A stretch of 64,000 nt of DNA from Candidatus Bathyarchaeum tardum (GTDB lineage Archaea > Thermoproteota > Bathyarchaeia > Bathyarchaeales > Bathyarchaeaceae): contig CP122380.1 in NCBI GenBank assembly GCA_024650005.2, forward strand, positions 992,001 through 1,056,000, written 5' to 3'. How positions within the stretch are numbered: the first letter of the stretch is position 1; every line of letters begins with the position of its first letter. A model generated the notes under the pieces. It was not told the origin of the DNA, made no database searches, and worked only from the letters and a program-made list of their open reading frames with translations. Positions 30,204 to 40,859 of this stretch are shown piece after piece. A program made the translations under genes and the position numbers.

Positions 30204-31157
30204 TTGAACAAACAACAAAAAATATTTGTAACCGGAGCAATCGTGCTCATAATAGCAGTGGCAACTGCTTCAACCTTATTCAACCAACAAAAAAGCACTG
30301 AAACAGACAAACTAAACATAGTGGCTACATTTTATCCATTGGCGTTTTTTGCTCAAGAAATCGGCGGAGAACAAGCAAGCGTCAAACAACTCATCCCTGA
30401 TAACACAGAGGTACATAACTGGCAACCTTCGACTCAAGACATTCTTGCTGTAGAAAAAGCTGATGTGCTACTGTATAATGGAGCGTCTCTTGATCACTGG
30501 TTTGAAGAAGACATTCTTTCGGTCATTGATTTAAGCAACAAAATAATTGTTGAAACAACCGATGGGGCACAGCTGCTCGAAACAGGCCACGAAGATGAAA
30601 CCCATGAATCAGGCCACGAACATGAAGGAATTTATGATCCACACACCTGGATAAGTCCCACCATGGCAAAACATCAAGCTGAAAATATTTACCAAGCCCT
30701 TTGCCAAAAAGATCCAGACAACACTGATTATTACACAGAAAGATGGCAGATACTAAAATCCAAATTTGAAGAATTAGATAACCGTTACCGGACTGAACTT
30801 GGAAGTAAACAGAAAAACGAAATATTTGTTTCCCATTCTGCGTTTGGGTACCTTGCTGACAGTTACGGTTTTGAACAACATGGAGTCATCGGAATTTCTG
30901 CAGATGAACAACCAAGCGCTTCAACCTACATGAATCTAGTAGAAATGATGCTGGAACATGAAACATACGTAGTTTACGTGGATCCTGTTTATTCTGGACA
31001 ATCTGCTCAAACCCTTGGAACTGAACTCCAAAGACTTTCTGGTCAAGAAGTGCAGATCCTAAAATTGTATCTCATGCTTGGGAAAATAGATAATTTAAAC
31101 TATTTTGAACAACAAGAACAAAACTTAGTTAACTTAAAGATTGGATTAGACGTTTGA
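30204..31157 (+). CDS. metal ABC transporter substrate-binding protein (ZnuA/cluster A-I)
   Basis: ATFYPL, EVHNWQPS, His-rich loop, DPHTWISP, SHSAFGYLA. Confidence 0.92.
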   Translation: MNKQQKIFVTGAIVLIIAVATASTLFNQQKSTETDKLNIVATFYPLAFFAQEIGGEQASVKQLIPDNTEVHNWQPSTQDILAVEKADVLLYNGASLDHWFEEDILSVIDLSNKIIVETTDGAQLLETGHEDETHESGHEHEGIYDPHTWISPTMAKHQAENIYQALCQKDPDNTDYYTERWQILKSKFEELDNRYRTELGSKQKNEIFVSHSAFGYLADSYGFEQHGVIGISADEQPSASTYMNLVEMMLEHETYVVYVDPVYSGQSAQTLGTELQRLSGQEVQILKLYLMLGKIDNLNYFEQQEQNLVNLKIGLDV

Positions 31158-31175
31158 CAAGAAAGTTGAAATGAA

Positions 31176-31985
31176 ATGTCAACAAATAAACAGCTGGACA
31201 CTATGAACAAAAACACTCCAGTGCTGGAAGTTTCTGGACTTAATATATCCCGAGCAAATTCTTTAGTTATCGAAGATGCCAAATTCACCATCCACAAAGG
31301 AGACTACGTAGGAATAGTAGGACCTAACGGGGGCGGAAAAACAACCCTGCTTTTAGCGTTACTCAACAGCATGCCAAAAACAAAAGGCAATATCCAGTTG
31401 TTTGGTCAAAACATCGAGTCTTTTTCACATTGGGAAAAAGTCGCGTACGTCCCCCAACATGCAGTAAATTTTGATTCTCAGTTTCCTTTGACCGTAAAAG
31501 AATTGGTGTCTTTGGGGCGAGTAAACCGAAAAAATCTGGGAAGACCTTTAAACAAATCTGATTGGGACTCAGTCAATGAAGCCCTTGAGTTCATGGGAAT
31601 AACCCATGTCAAAAACAGAAGAATCGGTCAACTTTCAGGGGGACAAAAACAAAGGGTTTTTGTGGCCAAAGCATTGGTTAGAAACCCAGAAATTATCTTG
31701 TTAGACGAACCAATAGTTGGTGTTGATACTAAAACTCAAGAAAAATTTTTCAAAAAACTTAGCGACCTTAACCTCAAAAAGAACATAACCATACTTTTGG
31801 TGACTCACGATTTAACAGCAGTTTTTTGCCGAATGACCAAAGTAATGTGCATAAACAAACACGTCAACATTGCTGAAATAACTAAAAACTTGAAACCAGA
31901 AGAGGTCTTAAGAACAGTTTACGGCGAACACTTCCATTTTGTTTTCCACAAACATGAATGCGAGATGGACTCTGGCGATGAATGA
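31176..31985 (+). CDS. metal ABC transporter ATPase (ZnuC-like)
   Basis: GPNGGGKTT, AYVPQ, LSGGQKQR, LLDEP, THD. Confidence 0.93.
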   Translation: MSTNKQLDTMNKNTPVLEVSGLNISRANSLVIEDAKFTIHKGDYVGIVGPNGGGKTTLLLALLNSMPKTKGNIQLFGQNIESFSHWEKVAYVPQHAVNFDSQFPLTVKELVSLGRVNRKNLGRPLNKSDWDSVNEALEFMGITHVKNRRIGQLSGGQKQRVFVAKALVRNPEIILLDEPIVGVDTKTQEKFFKKLSDLNLKKNITILLVTHDLTAVFCRMTKVMCINKHVNIAEITKNLKPEEVLRTVYGEHFHFVFHKHECEMDSGDE

Positions 31986-32796
31986 ACTACTTGAAATTTT
32001 CAGGCTTTTCGAGTTCCAGTTCTTCCAAAATGCATTACTGGGCGGAACAATAACTGCTTTGGCTTGCGCATGGGTAGGACTTTTCTTAATTCTACGAAAA
32101 GAATCCATGATAGGGGACGGAATTGCCCACACTGCCTTTGGAGGCATCGCTTTAGGCCTGTTTTTGGGAATTAACCCTATTTTGTCGGCATTGCTTGTTT
32201 CAGTATTAGCAGTTTTGGGAATATCGTACATGAGACGAAAGGGCCTTGCGCAGTCTGACTCAGCAATAGCAGTAATGTTAGCTGTTGGGTTTTCCACCGG
32301 TTTGATTATAATTAGCTTGGCAGGAGGTTTCAACGTAGAACTTTTCAGTTTCCTGTTTGGCTCGATCTTAACCATTGACCGAACCGACTTGATTATTGTC
32401 TCGATTCTTGGACTGACCACAATAATTGTTCTTGGAATATTCCATAAAGAATTGTTGGCCATGACCTTTGACGAACAAAGCGCCCGACTGATGGGAATTC
32501 CTGTACGTCCACTATCGATGGCATTTAATCTGCTAGTAGCAATTACGATTGTGCTCTCAATCAAAGTGATAGGCGTAATTCTGGTAGTCGCGCTCTTAGT
32601 ATTGCCTGGGCTTTCTGCACTTCAACTAAACCTTTCTTTCAAAGCAACAACCCTTGCTGCTGTAATCTTCGGAATAGTCAGCATGACTGCTGGAATACTT
32701 TTATCAGCAATCTACAGCGTAGCAACAAGCGGAATAATCGTTTTCACGGCAGCAGGTATATTCATTTTTACTGCAATCTACAAAAAATTAGAATAA
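31978..32796 (+). CDS. metal ABC transporter permease (ZnuB-like)
   Basis: GDGIAHTAFGG, FLFGSIL, TFDEQSARLMG. Confidence 0.93.
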   Translation: MNELLEIFRLFEFQFFQNALLGGTITALACAWVGLFLILRKESMIGDGIAHTAFGGIALGLFLGINPILSALLVSVLAVLGISYMRRKGLAQSDSAIAVMLAVGFSTGLIIISLAGGFNVELFSFLFGSILTIDRTDLIIVSILGLTTIIVLGIFHKELLAMTFDEQSARLMGIPVRPLSMAFNLLVAITIVLSIKVIGVILVVALLVLPGLSALQLNLSFKATTLAAVIFGIVSMTAGILLSAIYSVATSGIIVFTAAGIFIFTAIYKKLE

Positions 32797-32824
32797 ACAA
32801 AAAAGAAAAAAAATTCCTTCAGGG

Positions 32825-33349
32825 TTATACTTTAACTCTGAAGTCTTCTTTTACTACGTTAAGCACAACGTTTGTTACAGTTTTGCTGACATGGGGCATC
32901 TTCAATGCTGATTTGATGAAGTTGTTTAATGCACCGCGGTCTTTGAATCGGGCAACAACTGCTACGTCGTAGTCTCCGGTTATGTCATAAATGCAGATTA
33001 CTTCGTCTAGGGCTGCTAGCTGTTTTTCAACCTCAGGAAGATAACTGCCATCAGCTTGAATGAGAATAAGGGATGTTAAACCATAACCAAGCCGAGCAGA
33101 ATCTAAAAGTATGGTGTAACCTTTGAGAATCCCGCTGTCTTCTAGGTTCTTTACGCGATTATATGCTGTTCCAACAGCAATGCCTAGGCTGTCAGCGATT
33201 TTGTTGAAGCTTTTTCTTGCATCTTCTTGCAGTAAACGTATTATTTTTCTGTCGACTTCATCCACTTTATGATGGGAATCGTTATCCAGTTTTTGTTCCT
33301 CCTCATTGAATGATTGTTTATGAACCAAATTATATTTTTTTGTATTCAT
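32825..33349 (-). CDS. Lrp/AsnC family transcriptional regulator, divergent from glnA
   Basis: DEVDRKIIRLLQEDAR..HTH..YDITGDYD; start uncertain (ATG 33349, or CTG 33289 after GAGGAGG). Confidence 0.92.
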   Translation of the reverse strand: MNTKKYNLVHKQSFNEEEQKLDNDSHHKVDEVDRKIIRLLQEDARKSFNKIADSLGIAVGTAYNRVKNLEDSGILKGYTILLDSARLGYGLTSLILIQADGSYLPEVEKQLAALDEVICIYDITGDYDVAVVARFKDRGALNNFIKSALKMPHVSKTVTNVVLNVVKEDFRVKV

Positions 33350-33450
33350 GAACACTTGTTCATTAGAACAGGATATATATAAGGTTTCCTTCAACTCTCT
33401 AGAAAAGTTTATATACAAATATGTAATAATTTCAATTTCAATTGAATGAA
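33307..33450 (+). promoter_or_regulatory. glnA promoter: TGAA boxes at 33307-33320, 33349-33362 and 33380-33393; TATA TTTATATACAAATA from 33408
   Basis: Sequence and spacing shared with the promoters near 52500 and 53900. Confidence 0.7.
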
Positions 33451-33461
33451 TGGTGAAAGAT

Positions 33462-34919
33462 ATGGATGCTATTACCAAAGCAAAAGAAACCCTGAAAAAA
33501 AACAAAATTCGATGGGTACACACCGCTTTTGTTGATATCCGAGGCCTAATGCAAGACGTAGTTATACCAGCACGCCACTTCACTGAAGGTCAAGCCCTGA
33601 CAGCAGGCATAGGCTTTGACGGTTCATCTGTACGAGGATTCAAAGCCATAAACGAGTCAGACATGATCCTTAAACCCGCTGCAGACACCCTTTCTATTAT
33701 TCCATGGACAACAGACGAAAAACAAAAAAGCGCAATAATCCTAGGAGACGTCTACGAAGCATTCGGAGGCAACCAACCCTCAGTTGTAGACCCCCGAGGA
33801 TATGTAGCAAAAAATGCAGTAAAAGCCGCAGAAGCTATGGGATACACTGGCTTTTTTGGTCCAGAACTAGAATATTTCGTTTTCAAATCAATTGATCCAA
33901 CCACCCTTGTCTGGGACATGTGGGTAAGCCCAAAAGGTGGCTCAGGAGACTCATGGGGAGCACCACGAGTAGTTCCAGTATCTCCCGAAACCACGCCAGG
34001 ATGCCAAGTGCTGCGACCCAAGGAAGCATACTTCCGACCTCCACCTGAAGACACTACAGTTGAATACCGTAATGAAGTTGCATCAATACTTGAAGAAAAC
34101 TTTGACACTGAAATTGAAATGCACCACCACGAAGTCGCTACGGCTGGACAAATTGAAATTGACTTCAAATATGGGGAATTAGTGAAAACAGCTGACCGAA
34201 CTCTCCTTTACAAGTTTGTTGCCAAAAACATTGCAAAACAACATGGTTTAATTGCAACTTTCATGCCCAAACCAGTTTACCTTGACAACGCAAGCGGCAT
34301 GCATGTTCATGCTTCCTTATGGAGCGGAAATACTAACGTCATGTATGACGAAACCGATGAATATGCAGAAATGAGCCAAACAGGCAGATACTTCATCGGA
34401 GGCTTGCTTGACCATGCTCGAGCAATAACTGCAGTCACTTGTCCTACAGTTAACTCTTACAAACGACTTGTTCCAGGATTTGAAGCCCCAATTTTCATTA
34501 TGTGGTCTCGCCGAAACAGGTCAGCAATGATTCGTGTTCCAGTATACTTCAAAGGCCCTGAACATGCAGCAGCCAAACGAGCAGAATTACGTTCCGCGGA
34601 TCCATCATGCAACTCATACTTGGCATTGGCAGTTATCTTAATGGCAGGACTTGACGGCATAAAAAAGAAAACTGAACCCGGAGACCCAGTCGACGAAGAC
34701 GTTTACGAATTACCCACTGAACGCCGAAAAGCCCTTGGAATTCAAGAATTACCAACAACCTTGAAAGATGCATTGGAAGCAATGAAAAGTGACGAAGTAG
34801 TCTTGAAGGCTCTTGGCAGCCACATATTCGATGCATTCATCGACTACAAGACAAATGACTGGAACCAGTTCTGTTTGTATGTAACCCCATGGGAAATAAT
34901 GAAATATCTAGACTATTAA
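33462..34919 (+). CDS. glnA: glutamine synthetase type I
   Basis: FDGSSVRGF, GPELEYF, HHHEVATAGQIEI, FMPKP..SGMHVH, NSYKRLVPGFEAP, NRSAMIRVP. Confidence 0.97.
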   Translation: MDAITKAKETLKKNKIRWVHTAFVDIRGLMQDVVIPARHFTEGQALTAGIGFDGSSVRGFKAINESDMILKPAADTLSIIPWTTDEKQKSAIILGDVYEAFGGNQPSVVDPRGYVAKNAVKAAEAMGYTGFFGPELEYFVFKSIDPTTLVWDMWVSPKGGSGDSWGAPRVVPVSPETTPGCQVLRPKEAYFRPPPEDTTVEYRNEVASILEENFDTEIEMHHHEVATAGQIEIDFKYGELVKTADRTLLYKFVAKNIAKQHGLIATFMPKPVYLDNASGMHVHASLWSGNTNVMYDETDEYAEMSQTGRYFIGGLLDHARAITAVTCPTVNSYKRLVPGFEAPIFIMWSRRNRSAMIRVPVYFKGPEHAAAKRAELRSADPSCNSYLALAVILMAGLDGIKKKTEPGDPVDEDVYELPTERRKALGIQELPTTLKDALEAMKSDEVVLKALGSHIFDAFIDYKTNDWNQFCLYVTPWEIMKYLDY

Positions 34920-34949
34920 AATAAATGATAAGGAGAGAGGTGAATAAAC

Positions 34950-35180
34950 ATGAAAGCGTATCTATTAATCGATACACGACCTGGAACATCCGAGGATGTA
35001 GTCAAAGCCATTAAAATGCGATTCGAAAACGTTCTGCATGTTGACTCAGTATATGGACGCCACGACGTTGTTGCCGTCTTAGAAGCACCAAACCTAGAAG
35101 CCCTCAACGAATTCGTATACAAAGTAATCGAAAAAGACCCCAACATCGTCCACACCGAAACTGCGATTACACTCTTCTAA
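34950..35180 (+). CDS. stand-alone Lrp/AsnC ligand-binding domain protein
   Basis: AYLLIDTRPG..VYGRHDVVA..HTETAI; GAGGTGA SD. Confidence 0.9.
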   Translation: MKAYLLIDTRPGTSEDVVKAIKMRFENVLHVDSVYGRHDVVAVLEAPNLEALNEFVYKVIEKDPNIVHTETAITLF

Positions 35181-35195
35181 ACAGGAGAGAACAAT

Positions 35196-35456
35196 ATGAC
35201 TCAAAAAGATCTCCGCAGCAAAAAAATCCGGGCGTTCGTACTCGTTACGATGAGACCGGGCACTTCGGAGGAGATCGTACAGTCAAGGAAGATAAAAGGT
35301 ATAAAACTCGCCAATTCAGTTCTGGGACGGTTCGACGCAGTAGCAATAATAGAGGCAGACAATTCAGAGCAACTCGCAGAAATCATCTACGAAATGATGG
35401 AAAAGAACCACAACGTGATTCACACTGAAACATTGCTGTCAATGTTCATACCTTAA
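35196..35456 (+). CDS. stand-alone Lrp/AsnC ligand-binding domain protein
   Basis: AFVLVTMRPG..VLGRFDAVA..HTETL. Confidence 0.88.
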   Translation: MTQKDLRSKKIRAFVLVTMRPGTSEEIVQSRKIKGIKLANSVLGRFDAVAIIEADNSEQLAEIIYEMMEKNHNVIHTETLLSMFIP

Positions 35457-35630
35457 ACAAAGTTCCTTGACAAAAACGTTCAACATCCAAAGTGCCAAGT
35501 CGGGTCAAAAAAGCCCGCCAATTTCCTTTTTTATTTTCTTTTTCCAAATAATTTCTTTTTAAAATTAACACTTATAGAAAAGTATTTGTTTAGCACCTGC
35601 TTTTTTCAGGGTTTATCAGTGGTGTATAAC

Positions 35631-36431
35631 ATGTCTGCTGAGTTGCTAACTAATGATCAAATCTTTAGGATAATTATCGCACTGGTTATTGTTGGAATTA
35701 CTATTGTTCTTGACAAAGTTATCCGCAGATCAATAACAAGATATGGCCAAAAAACGTGTATGGAACCGCATGCTATTAATATTTTAAAGTTACTCGCAAG
35801 AATACTTGTTGTAGCTGGAGGCGTAGTTTCTCTACTCGGACTTTTTGAAGTGCCCACTGAATGGTTTTTCGGAGCATCAGCACTTACTGGAACCGCTATA
35901 GGTTTTGCTTCCACTCAAACCGTAGGCAATTTCTTGGCTGGTTTCTACATTATGATTTCTAGACCGTTCATGGTACGGGATTACGTAAAAATTGGAGATG
36001 TAGAAGGCGAAGTAACAGAGATAACAATAAACTACACTAAGATTTACACGCCATCATACAACATAACTGAGATTCCCAACAAGAAAGTCTTGGATAGCAT
36101 TATTCGCAACTATTCTGGAACAAAAGACATAATCGATTACTCATTCAAGATGGGCTTCCCCCATTTGGACCACAAAACCAACAAACAGATGATCGAAGAC
36201 TGCATCAAACCCACAATTGAAAAATTCTATGAAAAATACAAAGACATTCTTCCACAGAAACCTGAAGCAAATATGCTTACGATGGATCGCCTTGGACGGG
36301 AAGTAAACATCAGAATGTTTTTCCCTGAAGGGAAAATTAATGACTTCTACAACCTTCAACCTGAACTGATGCGAGATATAATTCACTGCTGGGACAAATT
36401 CAAAACAGGTAAATGTGATAAAAGCTGTTAG
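35631..36431 (+). CDS. MscS family mechanosensitive channel
   Basis: AIGFASTQTVGNFLAG..RPFMVRDYVKIG..EGEVTEI..IPN. Confidence 0.9.
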   Translation: MSAELLTNDQIFRIIIALVIVGITIVLDKVIRRSITRYGQKTCMEPHAINILKLLARILVVAGGVVSLLGLFEVPTEWFFGASALTGTAIGFASTQTVGNFLAGFYIMISRPFMVRDYVKIGDVEGEVTEITINYTKIYTPSYNITEIPNKKVLDSIIRNYSGTKDIIDYSFKMGFPHLDHKTNKQMIEDCIKPTIEKFYEKYKDILPQKPEANMLTMDRLGREVNIRMFFPEGKINDFYNLQPELMRDIIHCWDKFKTGKCDKSC

Positions 36432-36552
36432 GTTATTCCTAACTTTCACCATTTTTTTGTTTTTCACATAAATCGTTTTTTGTCTGTCACATTTTTCACT
36501 TCACAAGAAGTCATATCTACTTTTTGGCATAAATGCGCAAACGTGAAAAAGA

Positions 36553-37032
36553 ATGCAAAGGAAAAACTTGCTAAAGACTGGAGTGCTTGCAACGTTGTTA
36601 CTTGTTTCAAGTTTTGCTACTGTAGTGTATGCACTTGCATACACAGAGAAACATGAAGTAATCTACAGCAACACCATCACAATTGACGGCCAAGAAGTAA
36701 AGTTCAGGGCATTCTATTTGTCTTCACCTGCAGCGTTTTTTGAAGTCAAACTAACTGTTTCAGAAGGAACAATAAAGTGGACGCCTCACTCTGCAGTGAT
36801 GTTTGACGACACTCAAGGATGGTTCCCCTGTCGATTAGGCAACGACACATTTGGGAAAATCCAAAGATGGGTAAGTGAAACAGACAACGGAACAGTAAGC
36901 TGGCGCGTAGACCAAGAAAACGTTGACATGGTATGGTACATCAACTTGTTCAACCCTGACGACTACGAAAAAGAAGTGCATATCGAAATCATCAAAGTTT
37001 GGGAAACCCAAAACTACAACGAATGGATGTAA
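36553..37032 (+). CDS. secreted hypothetical protein
   Basis: N-terminal signal peptide, beta-rich body. Confidence 0.65.
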   Translation: MQRKNLLKTGVLATLLLVSSFATVVYALAYTEKHEVIYSNTITIDGQEVKFRAFYLSSPAAFFEVKLTVSEGTIKWTPHSAVMFDDTQGWFPCRLGNDTFGKIQRWVSETDNGTVSWRVDQENVDMVWYINLFNPDDYEKEVHIEIIKVWETQNYNEWM

Positions 37033-37223
37033 CTATCCAAACAAAATTACAAAACACGTTGACAATAAGCAGAAAAACCTGACTAGTTCAGGTTCAACTT
37101 TCTTCTATTTTTTAAAAGAATATCATTATTTTTGGAAGCCAAAAACAATTTACAAACAGCAAAACAATTGAATAAACTTTAATTAAGTCCACGTTTCGCA
37201 AGTTTACTCCTATGTTGCACAAT

Positions 37224-37921
37224 CTATTTCGGTTTGCGGAAATACCATTCCTCTCCATCTGTTTGAACCAAATCCCACCATCATTAATGAATTCAATTCG
37301 TTCCTGTTTGTTGAAGCAATTTGAGTTAGAAATTCCTTTAGTGCTTACCCCATATATCTGCTCATAGACTTCTACATATCGCATTGTAGTTAAGACGCTT
37401 CGGTGTCCCATTATTTTTTTAACATGGGTAAGAAGTCTTGTCCGGTGGTATTCTCTAAGGGCTTTACAATGACGAAATGTATGCACATAAATTTTTAGGA
37501 ATCTTGGGTTATTGTGTTGTCGTGCCAGATTTTTCATTCTGTTTCTGAAAGAGTTGGTTCTTGTGTTTTTTGCTACTTTGGGAAATACGATGTTTTCATT
37601 ATTTTGTAAAGTGTTGAGCATGTTGATTAATTCCTCTGGAACCGGAACGATTCTTTAAACGCCGTTCTTTGACGCTTTCAAGGTCACTAAATTTTTTTCT
37701 TTGTTGATGTCAGCCCATTCGAGTCGTTCAGCTTCTTTGCATAGGGTGCCAGTTTCGTCTAGAAAATGTGAAAATATTATACTTGTCGTGTCACCAATGC
37801 TTTTTGCTAATATACGTTCGGTTTTAGGGGGGATAAAAGGAAATTTATGTTCCGGTCGGTAATTGGGTTTTTCCCAAGTTTTCCAACAAACATTACCTAA
37901 GCAATAAAAACATTTTCCCAT
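37224..37921 (-). pseudogene. tyrosine recombinase/integrase remnant with several frameshifts
   Basis: FIP.., ETGTLCKEA (Arg lost), LKASKN, HTFRH, MGHRSVLTTMRY, out-of-frame tail DGEEWYFRKPK. Confidence 0.85.
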
Positions 37922-38118
37922 CCATGAACATATTTCTGTTTGAAGATTGTCCCATATAATTTTTGAAAAAAATAACTTTTTTTGTTATGATTTTCTTTAG
38001 TTTTTTTCTATATAAAAATTTCATTAGTTTTTAATATCACTTTATTTTCCAGTTAAATGTAAAGATCTTAGTGTCTATGAACATGATAAAAAATCATGAA
38101 AGAATGAATTAAATTTTA

Positions 38119-40437
38119 TTGGAAATTGGGTCTGTTTTGCGAACTCTCAAGGGTTTAAAATTAGTTAAATTATCTAAAAAAGTATTGTTTGTGTTATGTT
38201 TAACAGTTTTAGCAACGAATCTATTAATTCAAACTGGTCCATTATTTGTTAAAGCTCAGGATTTAACTGAGCCAATAATCTCAATAATTTCTCCTACAAA
38301 CCGTGTGTATTCAACAAAAATCATCGACCTAGACTTTAGTGTAAATGAGGAAGTTTCTTGGATTGGTTATAGTTTGGATGGAAAGAGCAATCAAACAATT
38401 GATGGGAACATAACTCTTCCCGAATTGTCTGAAGGAGTTCACACAATAGTTGTTTTCGCGACAGATTTAGCAGAAAACACAGGAAAATCAGATACTATAG
38501 CTTTTGAAGTTTCACTTCCTTTACCGGACAAAGAACCCCCAACAATAACAATTCTCTCGCCCACATCCACCACCTATCCTACCAATGATGTGGAACTAAT
38601 TTTTACAATAAATGAAAAAGTTTCTGTGATAGAGTATAGTTTAGATGGGGCAGAAAATCAACAAATCTCAGGAAACACAACCCTAAAATCATTGTCTGAA
38701 GGTCATCACAAAATAGTTGTTTACGCTACGGACTTGGCAGGAAACACTGGAAAATCAAATCCAATAAATTTCAATATTTCAATTGCTCCACCGGATACAG
38801 AACCCCCAACAATAACAATTCTTTCTCCCGCATCCACCACCTATTTTACTAACGATGTTGACCTAACTTTTACGGTTGATGAACAAGTCTCGTGGACAGG
38901 GTACAGTTTAGATGGCACAGCAAACCAAACTAGCGGCAACACCACATTATCGTCACTATCGGATGGTGTCCACACAATAGTTGTATACGCTACAGACTTG
39001 GCAGAAAACACAGGAAAGTCAAGTATAATTTACTTTGTAGTCTCACTATCCCAACCTGACACGGAAGCTCCAACAATAACAATTCTTTCGCCCACATCGA
39101 CCACCTACTCTACAGGCAATGTGGAGCTTAATTTTACGATAAGTGAGACTGTTTTTTGGATTGGATATAGTTTGGATGGTACAAGCAATCAGACAATTTC
39201 AGGAAATACAATTCTTGCTTCATTGTCAGAGGGAAGTCACAATTTAGCTGTTTATGCCACGGACCTTGCAGGAAACACTGGAAAATCAGATATTATAAAT
39301 TTTGAAGTTGTTATTCCTCCTCCAGACACCGAATCTCCAACAATAAATGTTAATTCACCGCAAAATTTGACTTATTCTTCAAGTAATGTTCCAATTAATT
39401 TGACGGTAAGTGAGGAGACTTTTTGGATTGGTTATAGTGTTGATGGGAATGAAAACGTTACAATTTATGGCAACTATACCATTTGGGCGTTAGGTGATGG
39501 TGTTCATAGTTTGGTTGTTTATGCTACTGATTTGTCGGGAAATACTGGAAAAAGTGATGTTGTTTATTTTTCTGTTGACACGGTGCCTCCTGTTGTGATT
39601 ATTTGGCCGCCGGGAAATGAGACATATCCTAGTTCTGAGGTTGATGTTTATTTTGTTTTTAATGAGGAGCTTTCATGGATTGTTTATAGTTTAGATAGAG
39701 GAAAAAATCAAAGCATAACTGGTAATTTTACTCTTTCGTCTTTGTCTGATGGTCCCCACAGTGTTGTGATTTATTCTGCTGATAAGGTTAATAACACGGA
39801 TAGGTCAAACATTGTTTATTTTTCAGTTGACACGACTCTTCCAGTTGTTAATTTGTTGTCACCTAAAAATGTGACTTATACTACAAATGGTGTTGATTTT
39901 AATTTTAAGGTAGAGGAGGACACTTCCTGGATTGGGTATAGTTTGGATGGGGGGAGTAATCGGACTGTAGATGGTAATTTTACTCTTTCGTCTTTGTCTG
40001 ATGGAGAGCATAGTGTTGTTGTTTATGCTCTGGATGCCAAAAAGGTGAACATGGGAAAGGCTTTTGTTTTCTTTACGGTGGATACGACTCCTCCCGAGGT
40101 TGTGATAAAATCTCCTGTTGATAACAAAACATACACTGATTCAAATAACATAACTTTATCATTTACAGTTAATGAGAAGGGTGTTTTGAAGTATTCTCTT
40201 GATGGGCAAGCTAACATTACTGTTGTGAATTCAACGGTTTTGTATAATTTATCTAATGGGGAACATAATTTGACAATGTTTGCAGAAGATTTGTATGGAA
40301 ACAAGGGTAAAACGGGGACAATTGTTTTTGAGGTGGATTTTGATCGAATACTGAGACCTTTGGAAATTGTTGCTGTTTCAGTAATAATAGTTGCAGCATT
40401 CTCGTTTATAATCATTAAAACATATAAAAATAAATAG
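38119..40437 (+). CDS. cell-surface protein with about 8 tandem Ig-like repeats and C-terminal TM anchor
   Basis: Repeated DTEPPTITILSP..FTVNE.VSWIGYSLDG..LSEGxH.IVVYATDLAGNTGKS (about 88 aa). Confidence 0.88.
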   Translation: MEIGSVLRTLKGLKLVKLSKKVLFVLCLTVLATNLLIQTGPLFVKAQDLTEPIISIISPTNRVYSTKIIDLDFSVNEEVSWIGYSLDGKSNQTIDGNITLPELSEGVHTIVVFATDLAENTGKSDTIAFEVSLPLPDKEPPTITILSPTSTTYPTNDVELIFTINEKVSVIEYSLDGAENQQISGNTTLKSLSEGHHKIVVYATDLAGNTGKSNPINFNISIAPPDTEPPTITILSPASTTYFTNDVDLTFTVDEQVSWTGYSLDGTANQTSGNTTLSSLSDGVHTIVVYATDLAENTGKSSIIYFVVSLSQPDTEAPTITILSPTSTTYSTGNVELNFTISETVFWIGYSLDGTSNQTISGNTILASLSEGSHNLAVYATDLAGNTGKSDIINFEVVIPPPDTESPTINVNSPQNLTYSSSNVPINLTVSEETFWIGYSVDGNENVTIYGNYTIWALGDGVHSLVVYATDLSGNTGKSDVVYFSVDTVPPVVIIWPPGNETYPSSEVDVYFVFNEELSWIVYSLDRGKNQSITGNFTLSSLSDGPHSVVIYSADKVNNTDRSNIVYFSVDTTLPVVNLLSPKNVTYTTNGVDFNFKVEEDTSWIGYSLDGGSNRTVDGNFTLSSLSDGEHSVVVYALDAKKVNMGKAFVFFTVDTTPPEVVIKSPVDNKTYTDSNNITLSFTVNEKGVLKYSLDGQANITVVNSTVLYNLSNGEHNLTMFAEDLYGNKGKTGTIVFEVDFDRILRPLEIVAVSVIIVAAFSFIIIKTYKNK

Positions 40438-40859
40438 AAAATATTTATCTCCTAATCAAAAAGGGAAAAAAAATTTACAGGGTTAAGAAGCTTTTTTTGG
40501 CAAAGTTTTTTGGTTTTTTAATATAAATTAATATTTATACGAACAACATCGCTTGTTTAAGTTGAAAACTCGATTCAAGATGCCCCATTATAATATTCAA
40601 GATATCTACACGGTTACACACACAGAAACGCCAAATCGGACAAGTGCATGTGCGGTGGGGGTTTCCCTTTGTGATTTTCCGCATAATGTGTGAGGTTGAA
40701 CCATGAAAGATTCTTTATTGTTTGTTAGGTTTTTTCGTCAGTAAAGCAGTTAACTGTGTAGCCATCTGGTTAAGTTTAGCTTCTAATTTTTCCATGAAAA
40801 TTATTAAAAACAAATTTCTATTTATAAATAACGTAACAATTAATAAATTGGCGATAAAT

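Noticed and set aside
33300-33460. NrpR operator (GGAA-N6-TTCC) at glnA or amt
   Set aside because: Not found by eye in either promoter
32825-33583. 252-aa extended Lrp ORF from the ORF track
   Set aside because: Extension overlaps glnA and the shared promoter; real start is at or below 33349
38260-40340. CRISPR array or non-coding repeat
   Set aside because: Repeats are in-frame protein domains of about 264 bp; no repeat-spacer array seen in the window
40600-40705. Possible minus-strand zinc-finger remnant (LCGKSQRE)
   Set aside because: Too short and degraded to support
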